Shown piece by piece: positions 39,321-55,095 of a stretch of DNA of 64,000 nucleotides. Source of the stretch: Lama guanicoe. Its lineage: Eukaryota. Under the pieces are notes generated by a model. That model searched no databases. It worked only from the letters and a program-made list of their open reading frames with translations, and had not been told where the DNA came from. The DNA lies in assembly GCA_013239625.1 (NCBI GenBank), contig MU053559.1:682001-746000 (forward strand), given 5' to 3'. Position 1 is the stretch's first letter. Every line of letters begins with the position of its first letter. A program made the position numbers and the translations under genes.

Positions 39321-41911
39321 GAGAGAGAGGGAGGGATGTGTGATGAGAACTGTCAGGATTTATTCTCTTAGCAACTTTCAAATATACGATACAGTATTAT
39401 TAACTATAGACACCATGCTGTGCGTTACATCCCCAGGACTTATTTATTGTATAACTGGAAGTTTGTACCTTTTGACCACCTTTACTATTTCATCTACCCC
39501 CCTGCCCCCTACCTCTGGCAACCATCAGTCTGTTCTTTGTATGTATGAGGGGGTTTTGGTTTGTTTTTTTTTAGATTCCACATGTAAGTGAGATCATATG
39601 ATATTTCTCTTTTTCTGTCTGACTTATTTCACTTAGCATAATGCCCTAAAGTTCCATCCATGTTGTCACAAATGGCAAGATTTTCTTCTTTTTCATAGCT
39701 GAATAATATTCCTGTGTGTGTGTGTGTGTGTGTGTGTGGATACTTAGGTTGATTCCATATCTTGGCTATTATAAATAATGCTGCAGTGAACATGGAGGTT
39801 CATATATCTTTTTGAGTCAGTGTTTTCATTTCCTTCAAATAAATGCTGAGAAGTGGAATTGCTGGATCATATGGTAGTTCTATTTTTAATTTTTGAGAAA
39901 CCTCTATATGATTTTTCCATAGTGGCTGTATGAATTTACATTCTCACCAACAGTGTACAAGGGTTCCCTTTTCTCCACCTCCTTGCCAACACTTGCTATT
40001 GATTGTCTTTTTGATAATGGCCATTCTGACAGGTGTGAGGTGATATCTCATTGTTGTTTTGATTTGCATTTCCCTGATGATTAATGATGTTGAGCATCTT
40101 TTCATGTGTCTGTAGGCCATCTGTATGTCTTCTTTGGAAACATGTCTATTCAGGTCCTCTGCTTGTTTTTTAATTGGGTTGTTTGTTTTTTCAATACTTA
40201 GTTGTGTGAGTTCTTTGTATATTTTGGATATTAACCCCTTATCAGTTATTTGATATGCAGATGTATTCTCCCACTTGGTAGGTTGCCTTTTCATTTTGTT
40301 GATGGATTCCTTTGCTGTACAGAAGCTTTTTATTTTTATATAGTCCTTTTTGTTGAGTTTTGCTTTTGGTGTCAAATCCAAAAAATCATTGCCAAGACAA
40401 ATGTCAAAAGAGTTTGCCAACCATGTTTTCTTCTAGGAATTTTATGGCTTCAGGTTTTATGTTCAAATCTTTAATCCATTTTGAGTTAATTTTTGCATGT
40501 AGTATAAGATAGCAGTCCACTTTCATTCTTTTGTATTTGTCCAGTTTTCCCAACACAATTTATTGAAAAGGTTATCTTTTCCCCACTTTATATTCTTGGC
40601 TCCTTTGAGATAAATTAATTGATCATACATGCATGGGTTTATTTCTGGGTCCTCTATTCTGTTCCATTGATCTATGAGTCTGTTTTTATGCCAGTACCAT
40701 ATTATTTTGATTACTATAGCTTTGTAATATAGTTTGAAATTAAGGAGTGTGGTGCCTCCAGCTTTGTTTTTCTTTCTCAGGGTTGCTGTGTCTGTTCTGA
40801 GTCTTGTGACTATATTTGAGCTTTAGTATTGTTCTGTTTCTCTGACTCATTCATTTCTATAGCTGCATAGTGTTCCATTAGGGTTGCACCAGTTTGTTCA
40901 ACTATCCTCCTATGTACATGGGAATTTTGTTTTTTTCCAGTATTTTACAATTAAGAATAATGCCAGAATGAAATATATTGTGCATATGTTGTTTCCTTTT
41001 TGTGCAGGTATATCTTCTATATAAATTCGTATAAGTGTCATTCCTAGGTCAAGGGTAAATACAATTTATTAGATATTGCCAAATTCTCTTTTATAAAGAT
41101 TGTTCCATTTTGCCTGTACTGGTTTACATTCCTACCAACAATGTATGATAGTGCCTATTTCTCTATGGCTGTACCACAGAGTATGGTCTCTGGCTTTTAA
41201 ATTTTTTTCCAATCTTCTAGGTAAGAAATGATATCTCTGTTTTAGTTTTAATTGCCATTTCTATTATTATGAGTAAAGTTAAATGTAATTTAATATATTT
41301 AAGAGCCATTTGTATATCTTTTTTGTTAATTGTCTTATGTTTTTTGCCTAATTTTCTATCAGGTATTTGGTCTTTTTTTCCCCTTGACTTTTAAGAGTTC
41401 TTTCTATATTAAGGACATTCTTTATCTGTGATACATGTTGCAGCAATCTTTGTGATATATGTTTCAACAAATTTCCCCCTCTGGTTTGTCATTTGTTTTT
41501 GGACTTACGTCTTTGGACTTGCCAAAATGTTTTTATATTTTTGTGCTTGTATTTATTAATCTCTTATTACATCTGGATTTTTAGTCATAGTTAGAAAGTC
41601 TTTCCCTATATCCACGTTATATGGACATTCACCCACACTTCCCTCTAGTACTTTGGTTTTGGTTTTTTACATTTAGCCCCTTGATCCATCTGGTGTATAT
41701 TTTTATGTATGTAATGCAGTATGGATCCAATTTAGCCTTTTCCAAATGGCTCTCCAGTTGACCCAGCAATATTTATTAAAAAGTGGGTCTTTTCACTCTG
41801 TACTTTGAGAGCATGCCTGTATCCAAGTATATTCTAGTATCTGTCGGGGCTACTCACTCCCTCACAGTTTTTCTTTTCCAGTGTTTTTCTAACTGTTTTT
41901 GCACATTTATT

Positions 41912-42052
41912 ATTTTATTTAATTATTTTATTTTGAGAGGGGTGGAGGAGGTAGCTAGGCTTGTTTATTTTTAGAGGAGGTACTGGGGATTGAACCTGGG
42001 ACCTCATGTATGCTAAGCATGTGCTCTACCACCTGAGCTATCCCCTCCTTCC
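41912..42052 (-). mobile_element. Vic-1-like SINE
   Basis: tRNA-like body flanked by TTGCACATTTATT repeats. Confidence 0.88.
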
Positions 42053-42199
42053 TTGCACATTTATTTTTTGATACGATCGTTAGTATTACCTCCTTTAGTA
42101 CAATTAAGAAGATTGCTTTTTTATTGGGATCACATTAAATTTATAAATTAATTTAGGGATAACTGCATCTTTGTGACTTTGTGTCATTCTTTCTATGAA

Positions 42200-42750
42200 G
42201 AGTTTGACAACTCTGAAGTTAGAGGGGACTGTCCCAATAAGAGACCACCCTCAGTTCTTACACCAGTTGCAAGTTTGGGGGTCCCCAAGACCACCCTTAG
42301 GTTTGCTAATTCACTGGAGGGACTCCCAGTACTTGTTGAAAGCTGCTAAACTCATGGTTATGGCTTGTTACAGGGAGAGCACTCAGATTGGAATCTGCCA
42401 AGGGAGGAAGTGCATAGGGCAGGATCTCAGAAAGTACCAAACATGGAGTTTCCATTTTTATCTCCTCATGGAGTCAGGATGCATGACTTTGTGTGATTGG
42501 CATTGATGTGTGATAGTATGTATTGAGTTCTGTCAACCAGGGAAGCTCTCGTGAGCCTTGATGCTCAGGGTTTTTATTAGGGCTTCATTTTATAGACATG
42601 ATTGTCATTGTGGCTGCTGTCTGTCTCCAGCACCTCTGGGAGTGACCCAACCCCCCCACCCCCAAATCATGTGGTTGGTCTTTCTGGTGTGGCCAGCCCC
42701 TACCCTAAAATACATCATTACGCTATCCATGGTGAACCAAGACCGCTGTG
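42200..42750. mobile_element. MER21C-like LTR
   Basis: GGGGTCCCCAAGACCACCCTTAGGTTTGCTAATTCACTGGAGGGACTC motif; a similar fragment lies at about 15510-15580. Confidence 0.65.
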
Positions 42751-42755
42751 CAAAA

Positions 42756-42860
42756 CTTCCTTCCTTCCTTCCTTCCTTCCTTCTTTCCTTCCTTCCTTCC
42801 TTCCATTTGAGTCCATCCTTCTGTTCATCCTTTCTTCTTTCCTTCCATTCTTCCATTCCA
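42756..42860. repeat. (CTTC)n pyrimidine microsatellite
   Basis: Tandem CTTC units seen directly. Confidence 0.9.
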
Positions 42861-43121
42861 GTTTGCCTTTTACATCTGGTTATTTTAAGGAAATTGCCAT
42901 CTATTCTAATCTTTAATTTTTTTAAATCAGGTTTCAATATTTTTGTATCAGCATTTCTTATATTAATTATATTAAGCATATATGTTTTCTCTTTGGGTCT
43001 ACTTAATGGTGATTTATGTTAATTAATCTTCTATATAAAACTATCATTGTATGCCTGGAATATATTTTAATTGGTCATTAAATATTATTGTCTTAATGTG
43101 GATCTATTCTATTTGGTTATA

Positions 43122-43313
43122 CAGTTGACCGTTGAACAACATGAGTTTGAACTGTGTGGGTCCTCTTATCTGCAGATGGTTTTCAATAGTAAATACTGCA
43201 GTACTATACAGCCCATGTTTGGTTGAATCCACAGATGTGGAAGAACCAATGATATGGAGGGCTGACTCTAAGTTATACGTGGATTAACCCCCTTGTTGTT
43301 TAAGGGTCAACTC
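43122..43313. mobile_element. Tigger2-derived MITE
   Basis: TIRs CAGTTGACCGTTGAACAA / TTGTTTAAGGGTCAACTC with flanking TA. Confidence 0.8.
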
Positions 43314-44098
43314 TACTTTATTTAGGATTTTTGGACTGTTGATCATAAGTGAGTTTAGTCTGCATTTTCTTATTTTGTACAATCTTAAATGAGTTTATGT
43401 GTCAAATTTATACTCAACTCATGTAACAATTTGTAAGCCTTCCTTCTTCTATGCTCAGGAAGAATTAGAGCAGTTAGTCTTCTCAGGTCTTTGGTGAGCA
43501 TGAGTCTTGTCCTGGGCATATATGTGGCTTTCTGAATTCCCTTGTACCTGGGTGCTTTTGAATGTCATAATGTCCCCAAGAATCTCCCCCAGCATTTCTT
43601 CTCAGACCTTAGGCAGGCTGTTGTCTGTCTGGACTGTAATCTTTTGCCCCGGGCATCTGTGGGTTGTTAGTTTGCCTTGTAGCCTTTTGGAGCAATGCCT
43701 ACTGCTTTCGGGCCAGAGTTCAGAGTAAGGTGAAACAGGAGCACCTCGCAGCTGTCTTTCTAGTAGCCCCTGATAGGTTAGAACAGACACATGCCAACTT
43801 GTGAGTCTGGTCTGCTCTGCTTCCTCGGGAACTAGGGGCTGAGGGGGTCCCACACTGGGAACATTGGCTGATGCCGAGAAGTTTTCCTGATGTCTTTAAG
43901 TTGCCTGTTTCTTGATTCCATGTGGTTGCTGCAAACTTTTGTTTTTCAGAGTTTTTACAAAGTTGGTTCTGATGGTGTCTCCTTGTTTTTGAATTTTGGG
44001 GGAATGTCATTGTGGTGACTTTCTAATGACCTGAAGTATTTTCTCATTTTCTATTGTTCTTAAAGAAGCTTTGAGTGGATGCTGTTTTCACCTATTTA

Positions 44099-44220
44099 TT
44101 TTTTGTTGGGGGGAGGTAATTAGGTTTATTTATTTATCTTTAATGGAGGTACTGGGGATTGAACCCAGGACCTTGTGTATGCTAAGCATGCGTTCTATCA
44201 CTGAGCTGTATCCTCCCCCT
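44099..44220 (-). mobile_element. Vic-1-like SINE with 16-bp TSD
   Basis: TSD TGTTTTCACCTATTTA at 44083-44098 and 44221-44236. Confidence 0.9.
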
Positions 44221-44799
44221 TGTTTTCACCTATTTAAGTGTTGGAGGTTGTGGTGACTTGCACAATTCTCGTTTCGAGAGGCCCTTCTTTTTGTCAGTGA
44301 GGGAAAGTACAGTTTCCTTAACGGATGACTTTGTCTTGGCACTGTGGGGAGCCACCATATGTGCTCTGGCTTGTTTTAGTTTGTTTAGGTCATTCCTTTG
44401 TCTCACAGGACCTTCAATTTCCCCCTCAAGGTTTTCCCCTTCACAACCCAATCTCCAAACGGTTCTTCTTCTTTGCTTTTTACCTTCTGCTCCTTTAGAG
44501 GCAATGCTTTTTTGTGGCTGCCACCTTATGTCCCATACACCTTTCTTATAGCTGGTGCTCTGATCCATCTGGCCTGTTTTCCAGTATTTTTATACTAATG
44601 GAGGATTTTTCTCTTTCTGAGCATGAGTTCAGCTCATCCTTAGGTTCTCTGCTTCCCTCTCTGTTCTCTTGACCATTTTTTCAGACCCTTCTCATGCTGC
44701 AGAAAGGTTTGTGACAGTAGTTTGAAAGCAAATTTGGTATTTATTTTTCACTTATAGGTAATCAGAAATCTATAGTAGTCTCTATTTTCTATTATAAGT

Positions 44800-45385
44800 T
44801 TATTTCTTATTGATGTATAGTCAGTTTACAATGTTGTGTCAATTTCTGGTGTACAGTACAATAGTTTGATCATACATATACATATATTCGTTTTCATATT
44901 CTTTTTCATTATAGGTTACTGCAAGATATTGAATATAGTTCCCTGTGCTATACAGTAGAAATTTGTTATCTATATTATATATAGTAGTTAATATCTGCAA
45001 ATCTCAAACTCCCAATTTATCCCTTTTCACCCCTTCCCCCCACCCCCTCATAACCATAAGTTTGTTTCCTTGTGTGTTTCTTCCTGTGTCTGTTTCTGAG
45101 TCTGTTTCTTCCTGTGTCTGTTTCTGAGTCTGTTTTGTAAGTAAGTTCATTTCTCTTGTTTTTAGGTTCCATATATAAGAGAGATTATATGGTATTTTTC
45201 TTTCTCTTTCTGGCTTAGTTCACTTAGAATAACGATCTCCAGGTCCATCAATGTTGCTGCAAATGGCATTATTTCATTCTTTTTTTTTTATGGCTGAGTA
45301 GTACCCATTGTATAAGTATACCAGAACGTCTTTATCCAGTCATCTCTTGATGGACATTTAGGTTGTTTCTATGTCTTGGCTATTA
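44800..45385 (-). mobile_element. L1 3' end with TSD
   Basis: L1 3' UTR flanked by the repeat TATTTTCTATTATAAGTT. Confidence 0.85.
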
Positions 45386-45684
45386 TTTTCTATTATAAGT
45401 TATACTGAAGGTATAGGTTATGTGTAATTTTATTTGTTCTTCATATTAATCTGTATGGTTTTTTGGAGGATATGTGGAGAGGTTTGGATTTATACAGGTG
45501 CAGTTATTCTAAAGTACCTGGAGGCTCCTTAATTTTTAAATAATTTTTTTAAAATAAAAAAGGTATAATCTGTATACAGTAAAACAGACCCTCTTCAGTG
45601 TACAGTTCTGCAACTCTGGACAAATTCTGCAAGTTTTGACACCACCACAGGGAAGATATAGAACAGTTCTCTTGCCTCCCAATA

Positions 45685-46400
45685 CAGTTGACCCTTGAAC
45701 AATGTGGAGGTTAGTGGTGCCAACTCCCTGCACAGTTGAAAATTTGCATATGACTTTGAACTCCCTCCAGATTTACTAATAGCCTGCTGTTGAGTGGAAA
45801 CCTTACCAATAACATAAACATTTAATTAACACATTTTGTATGTTGAATGTATTATATACTGTATTCTTACAATACAGGAAGCTAGAGAAAAAAAATTATT
45901 AAGAAAATCATAAGGAACAGAAAATACATTTACAGCATTATATTATATTTATTGACACTGTAAGTTTATGTTGTCTGTTTGCAAGATGAATGAATGGTTT
46001 GTCAGTGCCTACATCAGTATAGTCTTATATGATACAAAGCACTATAGCTGTTATACAAATACTAACACTAGACATCAAAAATGAAAAGATAATGTGAAAA
46101 AGAAATTGACATTTAATTATGAATATAATGTGTCATGCATTTATAATGAGCAATATGACTGCTTTATGGTAGCCTAGTGTAATTGGTATGATTGCTTCTT
46201 GGTATGCAAGCCTATGCACTAATGAATGAATTGTTATACGGTTTTAATGGCATACAGTATTATAGTCATATTCATAATACATTACTGGCAACATTGTTAG
46301 GTTTTTTTAAAAACCACTCACCTATGATGATAAGCTGATATGCAGTTTCTCCAATTATGAGAGAGAGGAGCATCCTATATGGTTAATACAATTCTTTGAA
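45685..46400. mobile_element. Tigger2-like DNA transposon fragment (one TIR)
   Basis: TA followed by CAGTTGACCCTTGAACAA at 45685, then AT-rich Tigger-type interior. Confidence 0.7.
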
Positions 46401-46404
46401 TTTT

Positions 46405-49215
46405 TTTGAACATTTTTTATTGAGTTATAATCATTTTACAATGTTGTGTCAAATTTCAGTGTAGAGCACAATTTTTCAGTTATACATGAACATATATATA
46501 TTCATTGTCACATTTTTTTCTCTGTGAGCTGCCATAAGATCTTGTGTATATTTCCCTGTGCTATACAGTATAATCTTGTTTATCTATTCTACAATTTTGA
46601 AATCCCATCTATCCCTTCCCACCCTCTGCCCTCTTGGCAACCAGAAGTTTGTATTCTATGTCTATGAGTCTGTTTCTGTTTTGTATTCATGTTTGTTTTG
46701 TTTAGATTCCACATATGAGCGATCTCATATGGTATTTTTCTTTCTCTTTCTGGCTTACNNNNNNNNNNNNNNNNNNNNNNNNNNNNNNNNNNNNNNNNNN
46801 NNNNNNNNNNNNNNNNNNNNNNNNNNNNNNNNNNNNNNNNNNNNNNNNNNNNNNNNNNNNNNNNNNNNNNNNNNNNNNNNNNNNNNNNNNNNNNNNNNNN
46901 NNNNNNNNNNNNNNNNNNNNNNNNNNNNNNNNNNNNNNNNNNNNNNNNNNNNNNNNNNNNNNNTGCAGGTGTCCAAGTAGGATTCCTTCTGGATATATGC
47001 CCAGGAGTGGGATTCCTGGGTCATATGGTAAGTCTATTCCTAGTCTTTTGAGGAATCTCCATACTGTTTTCCTTTTTCTTTTTAGTTTTGAGAGTTCTAA
47101 TTCTTTATATATTCTCAATGCAACTTTGTTGGATAAGTGATTTGTAAATATTTTCTCCCATTCCATGGCTTTTCATTCTCTTAACAGTGTCCTTTTGGAA
47201 AAAAAAATATATGTTTTTAAAAATTTATTTATGTATTTATTTTACAATATCATATTTTTAAAATTGAAGTATAGTTGATTTACAACATTATGTGTTACAG
47301 GTATACAATGTAGTGATTCAGCTTTTAAAGGTTAGGGTATAGTTATTATAAAATAGTGGCTCTATTCCCCATGTTGTACAGTACATCCTTCTAGCTTATT
47401 TTATACCTGCTAGTTTGTACCTCTTAATCCTCCACCTCCATCTTGCTCCTCCCTCTTCCCCCTCCCCACTGGTAACCACTAGTTCCTTCTCTACATCTGT
47501 GCCTTTTCTGTTATATTCACTAGTTTGTTGTATTTTTTAAGACTTCACATGTAAGTGATATCTTAAACAGTATTTGTCTTTCTCTTAACAATGTTTTTTG
47601 AATTTTGGTGTCACATCAAAGAAATACCTGGCTAACCTGAGGTTAAAAAGATTTTCGCTTGTATTTTCTTCTAAAAATTTTGTAGGTTTAGATGTTACAT
47701 TAAGTTTGTGATCCATTTTGAGTTTCTATATGTGTTGGAGGTATGGATTGAAGTTCTTTTTTTTTTTTTGCATATGGATATCCAGTTGTCCCGACACTAT
47801 TTGTTGAAATGGGAACTCCCATTTTCCATGGATGTGCCTTTGCACTTGTCAAAAATAATTTTTAAGTAGAAAGATATAAAGTACATTTAATTATACCATA
47901 CATGAATTACAGTTTATAAGTGTACAGCTTGCTGAATTATCACAACGTGAAAAAACTGTATGACCACCCCCAGGTCAAGATTAGAACATAATCAGGACTT
48001 TCAAATCCCCTTTTATGCCCTCTTCCAACCAATAGCAGCCCCAAAGGTAGCCATCCTCCTGACTTCTAATAGGGATTAGCCTTGCTTGTTCTCTTATTGT
48101 GTATAAATAGAATCATGCAGTATATACTCTTGTGTCTGGATTCTTTTGCTCATCAGTATCTCTGTGAGATTCATCAATGTTGGATATGCAGTTGTAGTTC
48201 ATTCCTTTTTGTTACCACATAGTATTCCATTGAAAGACTGTGCCACAATTTACCTGTTCTATTGTCAAGTTGGATTTTGCCCACAACTTAGTATTAGAAA
48301 CAGTGCTGCTGTGACCATCTTGTACTTGTTTGCTAAAGCCCATGTGCATGGTTTTCTCTAAGGTGTGTACCTAGGAGTAGAATTGCTGGGCCATAGTGTT
48401 TGCAAGTCATTAACTTTAGTAAATAATGCTGAACTGTTTCGCCAAGCAGTTGTACCAGTTTTTACATTCCTAACTCACAGTGTGTGAGAGTTCCCATTTC
48501 GACACAATCTTATGGTACTTCAGTCTGCTTAATTATAACATTTCTGGTGGGTGCCTAGTGATGTCTCAGTGTGGCCTAAATTTCCATTATACCTGAGTGC
48601 TAATGGAGTTGAATACATTTTCTTATATTTATCGAACATATGTCCATATGTTTTTCTTTTTAGCAAAGTATCTATTCACATCTCTTGTCTATTTTTCTGT
48701 GTGGCTTGTATATTTCTTTTGATTTGTAGGGGTTATTTTCTGTGTGCCAGATACAAACCCTTTATCACTTATGAAATTTGCAGATAATCTCCCCATCTAT
48801 AGCTTGCCTTTTTACCATTATAGTTTTAATCTTGAAGCACTTCAGTCTTTTCCTTTATGAGTAGTGCTTTTCATGTCTTGTCTTTGAATTTTTTTCCCTA
48901 CCCCAAGCCTCTGAAAACATTTTCCTCCTATATTATTTTCCAGACACTTCATTGTGTTACGTTTCATATTAGATTTACAATTTACCTATAGCTGATTTTT
49001 GTGCATGTTGAGAGTTAGGGGTTAAATGTCATTTTTTCCCCATATAGATTTCCGGTAACCCATCCACATTTATTTAAAAATATCATCCTCTCCCCACTGT
49101 TTGGCAGTTTCAACTTTACCATAACTCAAGTGTTTATACATATTTGGATTCTCTTTTTAGTTCTACTGGACTGTTTATCTATCCGTCTATCCTTGTGCTA
49201 ATACCACATTGTCTT
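46405..49215 (-). mobile_element. Younger L1 3' end (contains the N gap) followed by older L1 fragments
   Basis: Minus ORF 46702-47166 contains KTVWRFLKRLGIDLPYDPGIPLLGIYP (L1 ORF2 C-terminus); further L1 3' UTR motifs to about 49215. Confidence 0.75.
46759..46963. other. Assembly gap (205 N)
   Basis: Run of N inside an L1 copy. Confidence 1.
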
Positions 49216-49393
49216 ACATTTTCTATTATTTAATGTAATAGTGTCTCTGCTGTGATTTGTGATTTTTCTTCCCACAAAGTAGGTTACTAACTTGATAGGC
49301 ATCATGTATAAGTCATCATCGTGAACTGGGAACCCAATCAGAAGTTCCCCTACATTCCATCCTTCTTACCTCATGGTCAGCATTTGAGAATAA

Positions 49394-49573
<180 letters not shown>

Positions 49574-49855
49574 TGATTACTGTGTCCAACAGAAGGCCTT
49601 TCCTTTCTCAATTTTGGAAACTTGAAGCAAGGCCTCTGAACTGATTGAAGACTTTGGTATTGAATTCCAGGGATCAGAGTTCCTTTTCCCCCTTTGCTTT
49701 CCTGACAAGGTGTTTGTGAACTCAAAACCCAGGTGAATTGGTTTGACTACCACTGTGTCAAGTGACAGGTCCCTTGTGCTGCCCCGAACTCCACCTTCCT
49801 TTTTCTCAGAGGCTCTGAGGACAAAGGAGGTATCGCTGTCATTTCTCATCAGCAG

Positions 49856-49948
49856 GGCAGCAGATTACCAAACCAGATCTCATCCTCAAATTGGAGGTAG
49901 AAGAGCCGTGCCTGACAGAAGGAAAAATCCCAGTTTGGAGCTTTCCAG
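49856..49948 (+). CDS. ZNF182: ZNF182 KRAB-B exon
   Basis: 93-nt exon with AG and GTAAGT ends encoding GQQITKPDLILKLEVEEPCLTEGKIPVWSFP. Confidence 0.93.
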
Positions 49949-51219
49949 GTAAGTGGGATTGACCCAGGTTATGGGGACACGAAGTCCCAGCTTGTCAGTC
50001 AGGGGTGAGGACCTCTGAAAGGACTTTCAGGAATATCTTGGGAATGGCTGTGGCCCTCTGATGTTGGAGGATAAGGACATGAACACCTAAGACTGATATC
50101 CCCTCCCCTGTCCTAAACCCATCAGACCATTCTCCTTAAGTTGGTGCTCACCCGTAAGTTTCTGCACAGCTCCATTTCCCTGTATAAAGGTGTCTTGTAA
50201 ATGCCAATCCCCCAGCCCCAAGCCCTGCCACTTCCATGGTTCTCATTTCTCAGTGCCTCATCTGAAGCCAGGCCCACATTAGTCACAGGCCAAGGTGCTA
50301 ATACTCTTAATTCTGGATGGAAATACCTGATTCCATTCAGTTTAGCTATTCCTATCAGGTTTGCTCCTAAAGCATCTTAATTATCTCTTTAAAAATAGCT
50401 TTATTAAGATATAATGCACATACAATAAAATTCACTCTTTTGAAGTATACAAATTCAGTGATTTCCAGTATATTCATAGAATTGTGCAAGCATCACCACT
50501 GTCTAATTCAAGAACATTATCACCAGCCTCAAAAGAAACCCCTAATTATATTTCCTGTCTCTGCCCTGGAATCAGCCATTTCGCCAAGGAACCTTGTTTC
50601 TTTCTAGTGGTAAATAATGTTTTGTGACCACAATTTGGATGTTAGGGAGTTATTTCTAGGCCTTTTCATTGTAGTTAGGAACTATGTAAAAAAAAAGATT
50701 AAGAGGAAATGTATCATGGATTCAAATTGATATTTCCAAATCAAGTTCTGGACTTAAAGGTTTTAAATTTATTAATCTTACATCTGATGGTAGTATCATC
50801 AGTATTATTCTGAGACTGCTGAATGTGTATAGTGGGTTGAATCAGTTGAGGTAATCATGTTGGTGCCACTAAGAATCAAGACTTTTCAGCATGGTTGTTA
50901 GGCGATATAGATGAAGGGGGTATTTGCTGTTAATAGAGAATTCTTTTATTTTCAAATTTTGCTTTATGATTATATAAAATACTTGCAAAATTTTTACCTT
51001 GGTTCCAAAATCAAATCTAGAAAACAAGCTATATTCAAGGAAGTCCAGCCTCGTACCCTCTCCATCCTACTCTCTTCCTTCCTCCCCCCGTAGGTAACCA
51101 TTTATTAAAATTTAAAGGTTTATCCTTCCATTGCTTTTTATAATATGAGCCTCTGTTATTTTAAACATAAATCTTTATTTCCTTCCTTATAAAAATGGTA
51201 GCCTACAATGTACATTTTT

Positions 51220-51700
51220 TATTGAGTTATAGTCAGTTTACAATGTTGTATCAATTTCTAGTGTAGAGCACAATTTTTCAGTTATACATGAACATACATG
51301 AACATTCATTGTTGCATTCTTTTTTGCTGTGAGCTACCACAATATGTTGTATATGTTTCCCTGTGCTATACAGTATAATCTTGTTTATCTATTCTACATA
51401 TGCCTGTCAGTATCTACAAATTTCAAACTCCCAGTCTGTCCCTTCCTACCCCCCCCCCCGCAACCACAAACTTAGAATGATATTCTCCAGGAACATCCAT
51501 GTTGCTGCAAATGGCGTTATGTTCTCATTTTTATGGCTGAGTAGTATTCCATTGTATAAATATACCACATCTTCTTTATCCAGTCATCTGTCGATGGACA
51601 TTTAGGCTGTTTCTGTGTCTTGGCTATTGTAAATAATGCTGCTATGAACATTGGATTCTTTTTGAAGTAGGGTTCCTTCTGGATATGTGCCCAGGAGCGG
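51220..51700 (-). mobile_element. Internally deleted L1 3' fragment
   Basis: Same L1 3' UTR as 46410-46760, with internal deletions near 51470 and 51655. Confidence 0.85.
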
Positions 51701-53379
51701 GCTATTATTTTAAACATCATTTATATATTTAAATATTATTTAAACATATATCTTTAAACATACATCTTTTTATTTTAAACATATATCTTTATTTTCTTCC
51801 TTATAAAAATGGTAGCCTACAGTGTACATTTTTATTCACCTTCTTTTTTCAGTTAATTCAAGAACATGTTAAATATACTGAGATAGTCCTTATTTCTTTT
51901 TATAGTAATGTAGTGACTCTTAATCATAATAGTAGTAGTTATTGTAGTAGTAGTAGTAGTTGTTCTAGTAAACAGGTGAAGTGCTGTGCATGCCTTGTTA
52001 TAATTAGTTTAATCCTATCAACATACATTTGGGTGGGTACTGTTACAGCTCCTATTTTCCAGGTGTGAAAGTAAGATACAGATAGATTAGATAACATGCC
52101 TGAGGTCACAGAACAAGTAAAAGGCTGATTTGAGATTTGATCCTGGGCTAGAGAACTTATGACTGTAGCCACATTCGCTATGCTGCTCCTTACCACCTTA
52201 AAGAGGTCCAGACTCAGTAGATCCTTGGTGGAGCTTGGGTCCCATCAAATGTATTTTGTAAAAAAGCTTTTCCTGTGATTCTGATTTTCACTCCCAGTTA
52301 AGAACTAGTGCTTTACTATTGAAAGAAAGGAAGTCACAGGAAGAGAAGCCACAGCTGCATGATCCATTTTAAAATTCAGTATTACTCTCAAATGTTGTTA
52401 TTATATCTAAGTGGTAATATGAGTAGTTATTTTACTCTTCTTTCAACTTTTCTGTATGTTTGAAACTTTTCATATAAAATTTTAGGAAAAGGTGAGAAGA
52501 AAATTAAAGTACAAAAAATTAAAATTCAGTATATGGGCAAAAAGGATTTACCACATTGTCTTGACCAAGATACCACTGATTTTAAGACACAGCACTAAGA
52601 AAATTTGCCACCAAATTATGACACATCACTGATTGTAAGGTGTATTTGGATTCAGAAGTATTAAAATATAGAACAATATGCATCTTGTAATTGATGAAAT
52701 ATGGTATGTTAAGGCAAGGCTTTGCAGTTTTAACTGTCTAAATGAGTGGTACAGATAACCAACTACTTCAGAAGTTAATGAAAGTAAAAGATATACAGGA
52801 AGATCAGAGTCAGCTTTTTTGAAAAGAGTGAACTGCTTCTTGAAAGTTATCTAGATTCTGAATATATCAAAATATGGAGGACTGGGCTATGTGGGTGATG
52901 GGACATGAGGAAGGGTTTGGAGTTAATAATATACATCGTTTTCAGTGGAAATTAGTGTAGACAGGAGCAGAAGGTGGTGTCAAAGAACTGTGAATGCAAA
53001 CTTGGATGAATACAAAGGTGAATCAAGATTGGGCAAAAATTTTTAGGTTTCTTTGTTTTTGTAAGGCTAATTATTCTAGATCTTTCTCTCATTTACTGAT
53101 AATGTGGATTTGTGATAATGTTGTAAGATTTGAGTCCACAAATCACACTGTTGCATTTCTACCTATGTGGAAATAGTATATAGTCAGGTACAGTTATGAG
53201 TTCATATGATAAATGAAGATAAAGGGTGGTAAGTCACCAGAGTGATGCAAAAGTAAGGGTAAGAAAGACTGACGTGTTAGGGTCAGATTGTTCTTGGTAA
53301 CAAAAAGGCTAGCAGGTAGGAGTTTAGTAAAAGAACAGGATTGGATGGTCAAGATTCTCTCTCCAATAAAATGAGGTAA

Positions 53380-55095
<1,716 letters not shown>

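Larger units (their letters stand above)
34130..41900 (-). mobile_element. Patchwork of old L1M fragments with nested younger elements in the long ZNF182 intron
   Basis: Repeated L1 3' UTR and ORF2 motifs, e.g. minus ORF 39944-40420 ([10 protein letters not shown]...[21 protein letters not shown]) and 37362-37595. Confidence 0.8.

Noticed and set aside
46558..47166. Long ORFs spanning the N run
   Set aside because: Artefacts of the assembly gap within an L1.
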